Source: Escherichia phage vB_EcoP_24B. From it: a DNA stretch of 57,677 nt. The DNA is taken from sequence record HM208303; one strand, written 5' to 3'. The position numbers and the translations under genes were made by a program. Below, piece by piece: positions 38,094 to 47,851 of this stretch (within the stretch, counting starts at the first letter, position 1; the number at the start of each line of letters is the position of its first letter). The notes under the pieces are model-generated. The model had not been told where the DNA came from and made no database searches. It saw nothing but the letters and a program-made list of their open reading frames with translations.

Positions 38094-40027
38094 GTGTTGT
38101 TGTTTCGGGGACGCTGAAATCTCCTGATGGTGAGGCGATATCAGGAGCAAATATTACCCTGACGGCGCTGACAGTTTCACCGGATGCGCTCAGCGGCACC
38201 AGTGCGTCGGCAGTGACCCGTGAAGGTGGATATTACGGAATGACGATGGATCCGGGGGAGTATGCGGTTTCGGTGACGGTGAAAGGGAAGACTGCTGTCT
38301 ACGGACGTGTGCGTATTGAGGGGACCGAAAGTACGGTGACGCTCAATATGCTGTTACGCCGCAGTCTTGTTGAGGTTAGCATACCCGGAGAACTGCTGAC
38401 AGATTTCCGGCAGATACAGAATAATGTGGCTGATGACCTTGCCACTATTCGTCGCCTGAATGAAGACACGGCGACAAAAAACACTCAGGCCACACAGTCA
38501 AAAGAAAGTGCAGCAGCCAGTGCGAAGAGTGCATCTGACAGTGCAAAGACGGCAACCAGCAGGGCGGCTGAAGCCGGACAAAAAGCGACTGATGCCACTG
38601 AGGCTGCGACCCGTGCAGTCACAGCAGCGGGGAATGCAGAGGAAAGCTCGACCCGTGCCGGAGAGTCTGAAAAAGCCGCCGGAGCTGATGCAGAAAAAGC
38701 CAGACAGCATGCTGAAAAGGCCAGGCTGGCGCAGGAGAGCGCCGGAGAGATCCTTAAGCGGGCAGAGGCTGCCACTGTCAGTGCTGAAGAGGCCAGACGT
38801 ATGGCTGAGAATGCACGGGGGCCCCGGGGGCCTCAGGGAGAAACTGGTCCGAAGGGGGATGTCGGTCCTAAAGGCGAAACAGGTCCAGTGGGCCCTCAAG
38901 GGCCCGCAGGGCCGAAAGGTGAGCGTGGTGACGTTGGTGCTCAGGGGGCTGTAGGGCCTGCTGGTCCGCGTGGTGAGAAGGGCGAACAGGGGGAGCGAGG
39001 ACCGCAGGGAATACCAGGCCTGAAGGGGGATACCGGAGAGCGGGGGCCTAAAGGGGACCAGGGGGATATGGGGCCAAAAGGCGAGAAAGGTGATCCGGGA
39101 GGTCCTGCAGGCCCGCAAGGTCCTAAAGGCGAACGAGGAGAAGCCGGACCACAGGGACCGATGGGAGCACGAGGTGAGCGTGGGGAGACTGGCCCCCGAG
39201 GTGAACCTGGTCCTGCAGGTCCGAGAGGCGAACGAGGAGAGACCGGACCTCAGGGACCTCGTGGAGAGCCAGGTCCGGCAGGCAGCGCTGCAAATGTGGC
39301 TGATGCAACGACGGCACAGAAGGGAATTGTGCAGTTAAGCAGCGCAACGGACAGTGATGATGAAACGAAGGCTGCCACCCCGAAAGCGGTGAAAGCGGCA
39401 ATGGATGTGGCAAATGAAGCGAAAACAAAGGCAGAAGAGGCTGCAGCAGGAGGTGGTGTTCCCGGTCCGAAAGGAGATAAAGGGGACACGGGGCCAGCAG
39501 GTCCGGCTGGGCCGAAGGGTGATAAGGGAGAGCGCGGTGACACCGGCCCTGTCGGGGCAACCGGCGAACGGGGACCGGCAGGTGATGCTGGTCCGGCAGG
39601 CCCGCAGGGGCCGAAAGGTGACAGGGGAGAGCGGGGAGAGACCGGTCTGACGGGAAATGCAGGTCCACAGGGTCCAAAGGGAGATACCGGTGCGGCAGGC
39701 CCGGCAGGCCCACAGGGACCGAAAGGAGAAACAGGTGCGGCAGGCCCGGTGGGGGCGACCGGACCTCAGGGGCCGAAGGGCGACCCGGGGGAGACGCAAA
39801 TACGGTTCCGTCTGGGGCCGGGAAACATTATTGAGACAAACAGCCATGGCTGGTTCCCGGATACAGATGGCGCACTCATCACCGGACTGACCTTTCTTGA
39901 CCCCAAAGATGCCACACGGGTTCAGGGTTTTTTTCAGCATTTGCAGGTCAGGTTTGGTGACGGGCCGTGGCAGGATGTCAAGGGGCTGGATGAAGTGGGC
40001 AGTGATACAGGCAGAACAGGAGAATGA
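38090..40027 (+). CDS. Tail fibre protein with Stf-like N-terminus and collagen-like Gly-X-Y repeats
   Basis: 645 aa; N-terminus [14 protein letters not shown] and [25 protein letters not shown] resemble lambda Stf as recalled; two long GXY blocks. Confidence 0.8.
38815..39790. repeat. Collagen-like Gly-X-Y coding repeats (two blocks, GC-rich)
   Basis: Runs of GPxGxxG triplets in the translation; approximate boundaries. Confidence 0.85.
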
Positions 40028-40028
40028 C

Positions 40029-40298
40029 ATGAATATTTTGAGAAAGCTTATGCAGAGTCTGTGCGGTTGCGGAAAGCATGATGACTGTGAAAACGGGCAG
40101 TCGCTTACAGCACAACTGCGACTGGGACCGGCAGACATTCTGGAGTCAGATGAGAATGGCATTATTCCGGAGCAGGACAGGGTAATCACACAGGTGGTGA
40201 TACTGGATGCAGATAAAAAGCAGATACAGTGTGTGGTAAGACCGCTGCAAATCCTGCGTGCTGACGGGACGTGGGAAAATATTGGCGGGATGAAATAG
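40029..40298 (+). CDS. Hypothetical protein (89 aa) downstream of the tail fibre
   Basis: Internal ATG of track ORF 39897-40298; starts 1 nt after the fibre stop. Confidence 0.45.
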   Translation: MNILRKLMQSLCGCGKHDDCENGQSLTAQLRLGPADILESDENGIIPEQDRVITQVVILDADKKQIQCVVRPLQILRADGTWENIGGMK

Positions 40299-40316
40299 CC
40301 GACAGCTTCACAAAAA

Positions 40317-40338
40317 CCGGAGCCCGGCTCCGGTTTTT
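40317..40338. terminator. Hairpin CCGGAGC-CCG-GCTCCGG flanked by an A-tract and a T-tract
   Basis: Read directly; geometry is compatible with either strand. Confidence 0.5.
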
Positions 40339-40344
40339 GTTGTC

Positions 40345-40626
40345 ATGTATAGGGGGGGGTTATTAGAGAGTGAAGTAATAAACATGTTAATACGATGGAG
40401 TGAAGGATGCCGTGTAATTCTGGTTCAAGAGTTTTTTATGCCGGAAAATCGCAGGATTATTCTGGATAGTAAAGAATCCTGGTTAATAATCTGTGATAGT
40501 CAGTTGGGCCATTTAATGCGCAGTATGTATCAGGGACGCCGTTTTATTCAGCTGAATCTGGAAAAATTGAAAGGGGTACATGATGTCGCCTTGCCAGTGA
40601 AATGGGAATTCACACGAAGACAGTGA
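40345..40626 (+). CDS. Hypothetical ORF in an AT-rich island, begins at a G8 homopolymer
   Basis: 93 codons; poor coding look; may be a degenerate gene. Confidence 0.3.
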   Translation: MYRGGLLESEVINMLIRWSEGCRVILVQEFFMPENRRIILDSKESWLIICDSQLGHLMRSMYQGRRFIQLNLEKLKGVHDVALPVKWEFTRRQ

Positions 40627-40842
40627 ATAGCTTTCTGTATACGGGAATGGCGAAAAATGGACTGTATGGTGTGAGTGTGAAACATCTTGCGTGTGCGGAG
40701 TGATGCTTCTCGTTGCTACAGCGGCAATGATAATGCAGTGAAAAAAGGGGAGCAATATGCTCCCCCAAACCGAAAGAAAATTGCAATAATCAATGAAGTT
40801 ATTTAGTCATCATCAGAATGTCATGCAAGGCATTTTGTTTCA

Positions 40843-42546
40843 GTGATGCCGATCGCGATTTTAGCGAATTCCATCATAAATCCCCTGATTTTTAAGCCTG
40901 AAGCAGTCAAAGGAATTTCTATGCCCTATATCGATATCACCACGATGCGTGGGATGATGCCGCGCGTTGTGACATCCATGCTGCCCGAGCATTCCGCTGT
41001 ACTGGCGGAGGACTGCCATTTCCGGTTTGGTGTTATTACACCAGAACGTCAGATATCCGGGGTTGAGAAAACATTCACAATTAAGCCAAAAACAATTTTT
41101 CATTACCGTGACGATTTCTGGTTTGCATGGCCGGATGTGGTGGATGTGATCCGCAGTCCGATCGCTCAGGACCCCCACGGGCGTATTTACTACACTGACG
41201 GGCGTTTTCCTAAAGTGACGGATGCGACTATTGCCACAAAAGGGGACGGGAATCACCCGACATCATCGTATCGTCTGGGGATCCCCGCGCCGACGACAGC
41301 TCCTGTCTGTACTGTTCAGCAGGGCGGTGATGTTTCTGACGATAACCCGAATGATGATGAAACCCGGTTTTATACGGAAACCTTTGTCTCAGATTATGGT
41401 GAAGAAGGTCCGCCAGGTCCGGCGTCTCTGGAGGTAACACTCCGTACTCCGGGAACTGCGGTACAACTGACGCTGGCTCCGGTGCCATTGCAGAATGCCA
41501 GTATTAAACGTCGCCGGATTTATCGCTCTGCATCAGGTGGAGGGGAGGCGGATTTTTTACTTGTGGCTGAACTGGATGCATCCGTGCTCAGTTACACGGA
41601 CAAAATACCGGCGAAAAACCTTGGGCCTTCCCTGGCGACATGGGATTACCTGCCGCCGCCAGAGAATATGACAGGCCTTTGCCTGATGGCTAACGGTATT
41701 GCCGCCGGGTTTGCCGGTAATGAAGTGATGTTTTCGGAAGCGTATCTGCCGTATGCATGGCCGGAAGTGAATCGTCACACGACGGCAGAAGATATTGTAG
41801 CTATCTGTCCGCTGGGAACGTCACTGGTGGTGGCGACAAAGGGGGAGCCTTATTTGTTCAGTGGGGTATCACCGTCCACAATTTCTGGTTCCAAAATCCC
41901 TTCACTGCAGGCGTGTCTGAGCAGGCGGAGTATGGTTGCGATGGAGGGTTTTGTGCTGTATGCAGGAACAAATGGCCTGGCGTCTGTTGATGCAAACGGT
42001 AATGTCGCGCTGGCGACGGAACAGATTGTTTCACCGGAACAGTGGCAGAGTCAGTTTAATCCGGCCTCCATTGTGGCTTATCCCTGGCGTGGTGAATACA
42101 TTGCCTGTTACACGAAACCGGATGGTAAGCAGGATGTGTTTGTATTCAGTCCGGTGAACATGGATATCCGTTATCTCAGTACACCGTTTGACTGCGCATG
42201 GGTTGATCTCGCGAAAGATATGATGCGCGTGGTGACAGGAGACAAAATGTCAGTGCTTGCCGGGGGGGCTCTGCCCTCCACGATAAGGTGGCATTCAAAA
42301 ATTTTTTCATTACCTGAAAGAACCTCTTTTTCCTGTATCAGGGTGAAATCTCCGGCGCCTGAGCGGGTGGGGATCACCATTATGGCTGATGATGTTCCTG
42401 TGATTCATTTTGCGCCGGGTACGTTTAAGGGAAGTGTGGTGAGACTTCCGGCAGCAACCGGGCAAAACTGGCAGGTGATGGTATCCGGATTCGGGCAGGT
42501 GGAACGAATAACCCTGAGTACATCAATGTCGGAGATGCCGGTATGA
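40843..42546 (+). CDS. Hypothetical tail/structural protein (probable start about 40921)
   Basis: 567-codon ORF translationally coupled to the downstream tail gene. Confidence 0.6.
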   Translation: MMPIAILANSIINPLIFKPEAVKGISMPYIDITTMRGMMPRVVTSMLPEHSAVLAEDCHFRFGVITPERQISGVEKTFTIKPKTIFHYRDDFWFAWPDVVDVIRSPIAQDPHGRIYYTDGRFPKVTDATIATKGDGNHPTSSYRLGIPAPTTAPVCTVQQGGDVSDDNPNDDETRFYTETFVSDYGEEGPPGPASLEVTLRTPGTAVQLTLAPVPLQNASIKRRRIYRSASGGGEADFLLVAELDASVLSYTDKIPAKNLGPSLATWDYLPPPENMTGLCLMANGIAAGFAGNEVMFSEAYLPYAWPEVNRHTTAEDIVAICPLGTSLVVATKGEPYLFSGVSPSTISGSKIPSLQACLSRRSMVAMEGFVLYAGTNGLASVDANGNVALATEQIVSPEQWQSQFNPASIVAYPWRGEYIACYTKPDGKQDVFVFSPVNMDIRYLSTPFDCAWVDLAKDMMRVVTGDKMSVLAGGALPSTIRWHSKIFSLPERTSFSCIRVKSPAPERVGITIMADDVPVIHFAPGTFKGSVVRLPAATGQNWQVMVSGFGQVERITLSTSMSEMPV

Positions 42547-43811
42547 CCAGAAAACCGTGGCGTGCGGGGAAGGATTTATCCACTGTTGTGGAGAATATGG
42601 AAATTGGCACCGGGCAGCGTGGTGACGGACGTCACGCATTTGTGACCCGTGAGGAACTGGTTGGTCTTAAACTCGCCCGGCGTCGAACATCGGGTGGTGC
42701 CTCATATGCACTGAATCCGGGTATTGAGATTGACAGTACTTTAATGACTGTTGATTTTCCCACAAAACCGCTGAATTTTAAGGCGACCGGTGGATTTGGC
42801 TCGGTTCTTCTTGAATGGGATATGCCTAATTATCGCGGACATTCACTGACTGAAATCTGGCGGGGTACGGAGGATGACCTTGCTGATGCAGTGCTGGTTG
42901 CCACGACGCCGGGGCAGGTTTACGGCGATCCGGTTGACCCTGGCTGGTCGGGATTTTACTGGATACGTTTTGTTAACGCGGCAGGAGTGAAAGGTCCATG
43001 GAATGCTGAAAAAGGCACTCAGGCACAAACACAGATCGGCGTGAAGGCCATCATTGACCAGATCCGCGATGAGGCTGCAAAGTCGCCGGTTGTGTCCGAG
43101 CTGCGTAAAGAAATAAAAAACGCGCAGGGGCAGGCTGTAAAGGATGCTGCAATTAAGACAACCGAAGTTGTAGGGACTCTCAGGGAAGAAACGACAAGAA
43201 CGATTGGTGGTATTGAAACCCGCATTAGCACACTGGATTCGTCAACCAGTGAATCGCTTAATGAGGTCGACAAGCGCATCACTAAATTGGATAAAGAAGG
43301 CGGTGAAGCTTTTCTTGCAATGTGGTCAAAAAAAGCGGGAGTTGATGGTATCACTGCGGGGATCGGGATTGTCGCCGGAAAAGACAGTGAAGGCAGGCCT
43401 GTAAGTCAGGTTGCAATTTCTGCGTCGCAGTTGTTTGTCTTTGACCCGAATAATCCGGATAACACAGCCTATCCGTTTGCGGTATCAGGTGGCAAGGTAG
43501 TGATCCCGAAAGCGATGATTTATGACGCGGTGATTGAAACACTGGTGTCGCGGAAGGTTGTGGCGGATGAGGTAAAAGCCGGGGTAAGTATCACTTCGCC
43601 AGTTATCCGGAGTGCCGTTATTCAGAACGGAAACTTTCAGGTTGATTCTCAGGGTAACCTGAATATTGGAGGCCTTTTCAGTGTTACGTCACAAGGGCAA
43701 CTGACAATTCGTTACTCTAATCAGAATGTAGGACTGGTGATCCGCAATGATAAAATTGAGGTTTATGACCAGAATGGACGACTGGCTGTTCGCATAGGCA
43801 GATTACGCTGA
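42543..43811 (+). CDS. Tail tip/host-specificity protein (J-like C-terminal region)
   Basis: 422 aa; FN3-like segment (GSVLLEWDMPNYRG...FYWIRFVNAAGVKGPW) as in J-protein C-terminal regions. Confidence 0.55.
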   Translation: MTRKPWRAGKDLSTVVENMEIGTGQRGDGRHAFVTREELVGLKLARRRTSGGASYALNPGIEIDSTLMTVDFPTKPLNFKATGGFGSVLLEWDMPNYRGHSLTEIWRGTEDDLADAVLVATTPGQVYGDPVDPGWSGFYWIRFVNAAGVKGPWNAEKGTQAQTQIGVKAIIDQIRDEAAKSPVVSELRKEIKNAQGQAVKDAAIKTTEVVGTLREETTRTIGGIETRISTLDSSTSESLNEVDKRITKLDKEGGEAFLAMWSKKAGVDGITAGIGIVAGKDSEGRPVSQVAISASQLFVFDPNNPDNTAYPFAVSGGKVVIPKAMIYDAVIETLVSRKVVADEVKAGVSITSPVIRSAVIQNGNFQVDSQGNLNIGGLFSVTSQGQLTIRYSNQNVGLVIRNDKIEVYDQNGRLAVRIGRLR

Positions 43812-43825
43812 TCAGGAGGTGAGTA

Positions 43826-44104
43826 TTGGAATACGGTTTTGCCATTTATAACAGAAATAACGTTAATGTTACGGGCGTGCTGACTCCAGTATTTTTCCTG
43901 GACAGATTTACAGCGGAGTCTGGCTCAAAGACGTACACTAATAAACCCGACGGGAAATCATTGCAGGCTGTATGTTGTTTATTTCCCTGGAATAATGTAT
44001 TTGCGGATCGGAAAGTACCGAAGATAACCATTAATGACAATACGGTGACGTGGTCGAATCTTGAGCAGGGTATGGGATCTTATATTTATACATTCTGGGG
44101 ATAA
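43826..44104 (+). CDS. Hypothetical protein (92 aa)
   Basis: ORF between tail genes and lom; weak similarity to the N-terminus of the next ORF. Confidence 0.45.
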   Translation: MEYGFAIYNRNNVNVTGVLTPVFFLDRFTAESGSKTYTNKPDGKSLQAVCCLFPWNNVFADRKVPKITINDNTVTWSNLEQGMGSYIYTFWG

Positions 44105-44109
44105 GTGTT

Positions 44110-44727
44110 ATGTACGGTTTGAGCATTATGAAGCCGGATGGCAGCGTATGGATAAGTCCAGGTTTTACGCCGCAGTGTCTGATCAACAAAGGCACCATAC
44201 CGGCGACTGAAAAGTCTTTTTTTAAAACATCAATCCCGTCAGGCAAAAGTTGTTTTTTCTTTATCAGAACAGAGAAGAAGGCCGATGTCATGTACACGCA
44301 TGAACAGATTGATGGATATCATGCACTAAGGCTTCATGTAATTGTCAGGGGAACGAACCCTGGTGTTACGACGGTTTATGCTTTCGCGAATATGGTTACT
44401 CCACCTTCTGAGTATGGTATCGCCATGTATAACCCGGACGGTGAGATGATTTATCATGGCGAAATGATGCTGCTTGACGCGAAGTTAATACCTGTTGATA
44501 TCAAATTTGAAAAGGACCTTGGATATCCATGCGCAATCATGCCTGCACTGGTCGGGTATTATAACTGGAAAAGAACTCCTTATGATCGACCGATTTATAC
44601 CACATCCACTGGTGCTACAGGAAATAAAATATATTCCTGTGAGCATTATTCCGGTGGTGCAACATGGGATATTCGAAAGCCGTATATAGATAAGGTCCTG
44701 GTTATTAATACATCAGTATATGATTAG
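44110..44727 (+). CDS. Hypothetical protein (205 aa)
   Basis: ORF between tail genes and lom. Confidence 0.5.
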   Translation: MYGLSIMKPDGSVWISPGFTPQCLINKGTIPATEKSFFKTSIPSGKSCFFFIRTEKKADVMYTHEQIDGYHALRLHVIVRGTNPGVTTVYAFANMVTPPSEYGIAMYNPDGEMIYHGEMMLLDAKLIPVDIKFEKDLGYPCAIMPALVGYYNWKRTPYDRPIYTTSTGATGNKIYSCEHYSGGATWDIRKPYIDKVLVINTSVYD

Positions 44728-44817
44728 TTGAAGCGAGTCTTTAATATTCATTTAAAATGTCTAAAAAGATGTATTATTAAAAAGTTTAGCGTGTTATCTG
44801 AATACAGGATATCTTAA

Positions 44818-45552
44818 ATGAAGAGTATAGCAACACTGGTTGTGTGTGCAATCTCCGGGATTGCCTGTGTAAATTTATCTGCACATGCAGCAGAAGGAGA
44901 GCATACAATTTCTCTGGGGTATGCGCACTTTCAGTTTCCGGGACTGAAGGATTTTGTAAAGGATGCGACTGCTCATAACAGGGAGACTTTCAGTCATTTC
45001 GTCAACAGAAACTACTTTTCTTCATTGGGCGAATATACAGATGGTCGGGTCAGTGGATATGAAGGCAAGGATAAAAATCCACAGGGCATTAATATCAGGT
45101 ATCGCTACGAGATAACGGATGATTTTGGCGTTATCACCTCTTTTACATGGACGCGTTCTCTCACTAACTCACAGACATTTATTGATGTGCAGTCAGCCGA
45201 TCATACCAGGAAGATTAAGAATCCGGCAGCTTCTGCCAGAACGGATATCAGGGCGAATTACTGGAGTCTGTTAGCGGGGCCTTCATGGCGGGTTAATCAG
45301 TACATGAGTTTATATGCGATGGCAGGGATGGGCGTTGCTAAAGTTAGCGCTGACCTGAAAATTAAGGACAATATTAACAGTAGTGGCGGATTTTCTGAAA
45401 GCAACAGCACGAAAAAAACCTCCCTTGCGTGGGCTGCAGGTGCACAGTTTAACCTGAATGAGAGTGTTACACTGGATGTGGCTTACGAAGGTTCCGGCTC
45501 TGGCGACTGGCGCACGAGTGGCGTTACTGCTGGCATTGGCCTGAAATTCTGA
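44818..45552 (+). CDS. lom: Lom/Ail/PagC-family outer-membrane beta-barrel protein
   Basis: 244 aa; signal peptide, alternating amphipathic strands, C-terminal ...AGIGLKF; followed by a strong terminator. Confidence 0.85.
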   Translation: MKSIATLVVCAISGIACVNLSAHAAEGEHTISLGYAHFQFPGLKDFVKDATAHNRETFSHFVNRNYFSSLGEYTDGRVSGYEGKDKNPQGINIRYRYEITDDFGVITSFTWTRSLTNSQTFIDVQSADHTRKIKNPAASARTDIRANYWSLLAGPSWRVNQYMSLYAMAGMGVAKVSADLKIKDNINSSGGFSESNSTKKTSLAWAAGAQFNLNESVTLDVAYEGSGSGDWRTSGVTAGIGLKF

Positions 45553-45576
45553 CCTGTATCCGGTAACCGTTTACTA

Positions 45577-45599
45577 CCCGCTGTGATGGCGGGTTTTTT
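45577..45599 (+). terminator. Intrinsic terminator (CCCGC-TGTGATG-GCGGG plus T6)
   Basis: Read directly. Confidence 0.6.
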
Positions 45600-45783
45600 A
45601 TTGCCCGTACAGGGCAAAAACCGTAAATTATGCGTGGGTGCCTTTCGGCTGATGGCTGGAGGGTGAACCTGAAGGCCTGATGTGGAAAGGCCCCGAGTCA
45701 ACTTAACGTTAACCCGAGGCCCTAACCATCATACCTTAAGCAAGTAGAAGGTTAGCGCCTCTCTGTAAAAGGAGTCAAGCGCT

Positions 45784-45924
45784 ATGTCGCAAAAATCGCT
45801 TATCACCGTCACAATTTGCATGACGGTTATCTTCACCATCTGGATGTTGCACGGTTCACTGTGTGAGTTCCGGCTGAATTTGTGGGGAGCGGAGTTTGCG
45901 GCGTTCTTACAGTGTAAGCAGTAG
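45784..45924 (+). CDS. hok: Hok/Gef-family type I toxin (46 aa)
   Basis: Hand-translated MSQKSLITVTICMTVIFTIWMLHGSLCEFRLNLWGAEFAAFLQCKQ: single TM helix then SLCE.R...E.AAF as in Hok; AAGGAG 7 nt upstream; 9-bp-stem hairpin just after the stop. Confidence 0.65.
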   Translation: MSQKSLITVTICMTVIFTIWMLHGSLCEFRLNLWGAEFAAFLQCKQ

Positions 45925-45980
45925 GAAAACCGCGACGGGGACGAAAGTCCCCGTCAACTGGTTGCTGAGGTTCAGCCGAT

Positions 45981-46382
45981 ATGGCACCCGTTTCAGGTGA
46001 GAGAATGAACGATAAAATTCTCCGGTATATGCAGCGTGTGGTGAGAAATTCCCGCAACCCTGAATTTATGAATGAAGTTAAAGACGCCTGCCTTAAAAAG
46101 CAGGCGTTTTGTTTTGAGGCACCTGATGGCTTTCTGGTGCTGCGTTCTGTGCTCAGTGCTGATGGTATCCCTTATGTTCTGGTGTTGCTGGGCGTGTGTA
46201 CGGGGAGTAACAGCGTTGAGCGTTATCTGCCGGAGGTGAAGACATTAACCCGTCTGGCTGGCGGACGCTGGGCTGAATTTCATACGGCAAGGCGGGGATT
46301 TATCCGGCTGGGAAAACGTCTGGGCTTTGAGCGAATGCCGGATGATGAGGATGGCTTCATGGTGTTCAGGATAGCGGTCTGA
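45981..46382 (+). CDS. Hypothetical protein (probable start 46005)
   Basis: ORF after the hok-like locus; no motif recognised. Confidence 0.5.
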   Translation: MAPVSGERMNDKILRYMQRVVRNSRNPEFMNEVKDACLKKQAFCFEAPDGFLVLRSVLSADGIPYVLVLLGVCTGSNSVERYLPEVKTLTRLAGGRWAEFHTARRGFIRLGKRLGFERMPDDEDGFMVFRIAV

Positions 46383-46402
46383 CTGCCACAGTATTCATTA
46401 TC

Positions 46403-47131
46403 GTGTGTAAACCAATTGCAATTCACATTCTGACCCTGCCCCGGCAGGGTTTTTTGTTATCCAGGGGGGCCATTATGGGTGGAAGTAAAGGCGGTGGTGA
46501 TACCAAAGTAAAACCAACAGCAGCGCAAATAGCACAGGAAGAAGTGGCCTGGAAAGGGTGGCAGGATTACAAAAATATCCTCCGCCCGGCTGAAGATAAC
46601 TTCATGGAAAAGGTCGATGACCTTAACAGTGAGCAGCAGTACGACAATATTGCTGGCACCACAAATCTGGGGTATCAAAAACAGTTTGGCGAAGCGCGGA
46701 AGGAGCTGGCAAGTAATCTCACTCGGTCCGGTGTTGACCCGTCCAGTGGTCGCTTTAACGCGGTAATGAATGCGAACCAGAGTGATCAGGTAACCGGGCA
46801 GATTGACACAACCACACGGGGGCAGGTATCGCAGGCAGATAAGTATGTTGCCGGGCTACAGGATGTTGCTGCTCTCGGTTCTGGTCAGAAGGCGGATGCG
46901 TTACAGAGTTTTAACTCTCTGGCAGACAGCAGTCTGGCAAAAGCTAAATCGGATGCACAGGCGGCGTTTACGAAACAGCAGGGGCGAGCCTCTCTTGTTG
47001 GTGCTGGTCTGGGTGCGGCAGGTGCGTATGCGATGCATAAGGCTGGCGGTAGCGGAGGAAGTGGCGGTGCTAAAACACCTGGCACCGGCGCTAATGCCAT
47101 TCAGCATCAGGCTCAGAACTGGAGACTGTGA
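46403..47131 (+). CDS. Hypothetical Gly/Ala-rich protein (probable start 46475)
   Basis: Low-complexity ORF; possible internal virion protein. Confidence 0.5.
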   Translation: MCKPIAIHILTLPRQGFLLSRGAIMGGSKGGGDTKVKPTAAQIAQEEVAWKGWQDYKNILRPAEDNFMEKVDDLNSEQQYDNIAGTTNLGYQKQFGEARKELASNLTRSGVDPSSGRFNAVMNANQSDQVTGQIDTTTRGQVSQADKYVAGLQDVAALGSGQKADALQSFNSLADSSLAKAKSDAQAAFTKQQGRASLVGAGLGAAGAYAMHKAGGSGGSGGAKTPGTGANAIQHQAQNWRL

Positions 47132-47580
47132 TTATGGAGTACGGTAAATACGAAACACTTGCAAGATACGGTTATACCGGAGCAGCCCGCCCTCAGGGGG
47201 ACTGGCAGACATCCGCAGCGCTGACCCGCCAGCAATACGACGACTGGCGCACCAGATATTTACCCCGTGTAGCAAGGCTGGCTGACCTTGGGGAGAACAA
47301 CAGTCTGATGAATGCACAGCTTGCACGGGTGGGAGGCCTTGCCACTTCCAGTCTCCGTACAGCGCAGATGGCGCAGGATAACCAGATGGCGAGATACGGG
47401 GTAAACCGCCCGGATAATCCCGACAGTAATACGCTGGGGTTACGTAATGCCCTGGCAATTGCTGGCGCGAAAAATGGTATCCGTGAAGCCGAACAGGATC
47501 GCCAGATGAATATTCTGACGGGGGCTTCTGCACCGGCAAGACAGAAACTGAGTGTTGGCGGCCAACTGGTGGCAGCGTAA
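47128..47580 (+). CDS. Hypothetical protein (150 aa)
   Basis: ATGA-coupled ORF. Confidence 0.5.
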   Translation: MIMEYGKYETLARYGYTGAARPQGDWQTSAALTRQQYDDWRTRYLPRVARLADLGENNSLMNAQLARVGGLATSSLRTAQMAQDNQMARYGVNRPDNPDSNTLGLRNALAIAGAKNGIREAEQDRQMNILTGASAPARQKLSVGGQLVAA

Positions 47581-47589
47581 GGGGGCAAT

Positions 47590-47841
47590 ATGGGATACGG
47601 TTTACTGGATATTGCAAATCAGTCGCGGCGTGAGGCATTACAGGGAATAAGTGACGCAGACAGACGACGTGAAGAAATTGAGGCTGCGAACAAACAGATG
47701 GCGGCGCAACAGAAAGCGCAGAACAAGCAGAATATCGGTACGGGCATTGGTACGGGGGCGGCTATTGGCGCATCCGTTGGTGGTCCTGTTGGTGCTGTTG
47801 CTGGAGCAGTAATTGGCGGCATTGCTGGTTCTTTGTTTTAA
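47590..47841 (+). CDS. Small protein with C-terminal glycine-zipper segment
   Basis: GTGIGTGAAIGASVGGPVGAVAGAVIGGIAG motif. Confidence 0.5.
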   Translation: MGYGLLDIANQSRREALQGISDADRRREEIEAANKQMAAQQKAQNKQNIGTGIGTGAAIGASVGGPVGAVAGAVIGGIAGSLF

Positions 47842-47851
47842 GGAGTGGTGA

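Noticed and set aside
38460-40189. Long ORFs on both strands inside the tail-fibre gene (38460-38954 plus; 38498-39118, 39123-39713 and 39335-40189 minus)
   Set aside because: They fall within the GC-rich collagen-like repeat, where stop codons are rare in every frame; the plus-frame fibre ORF is the only one with coherent domain content.
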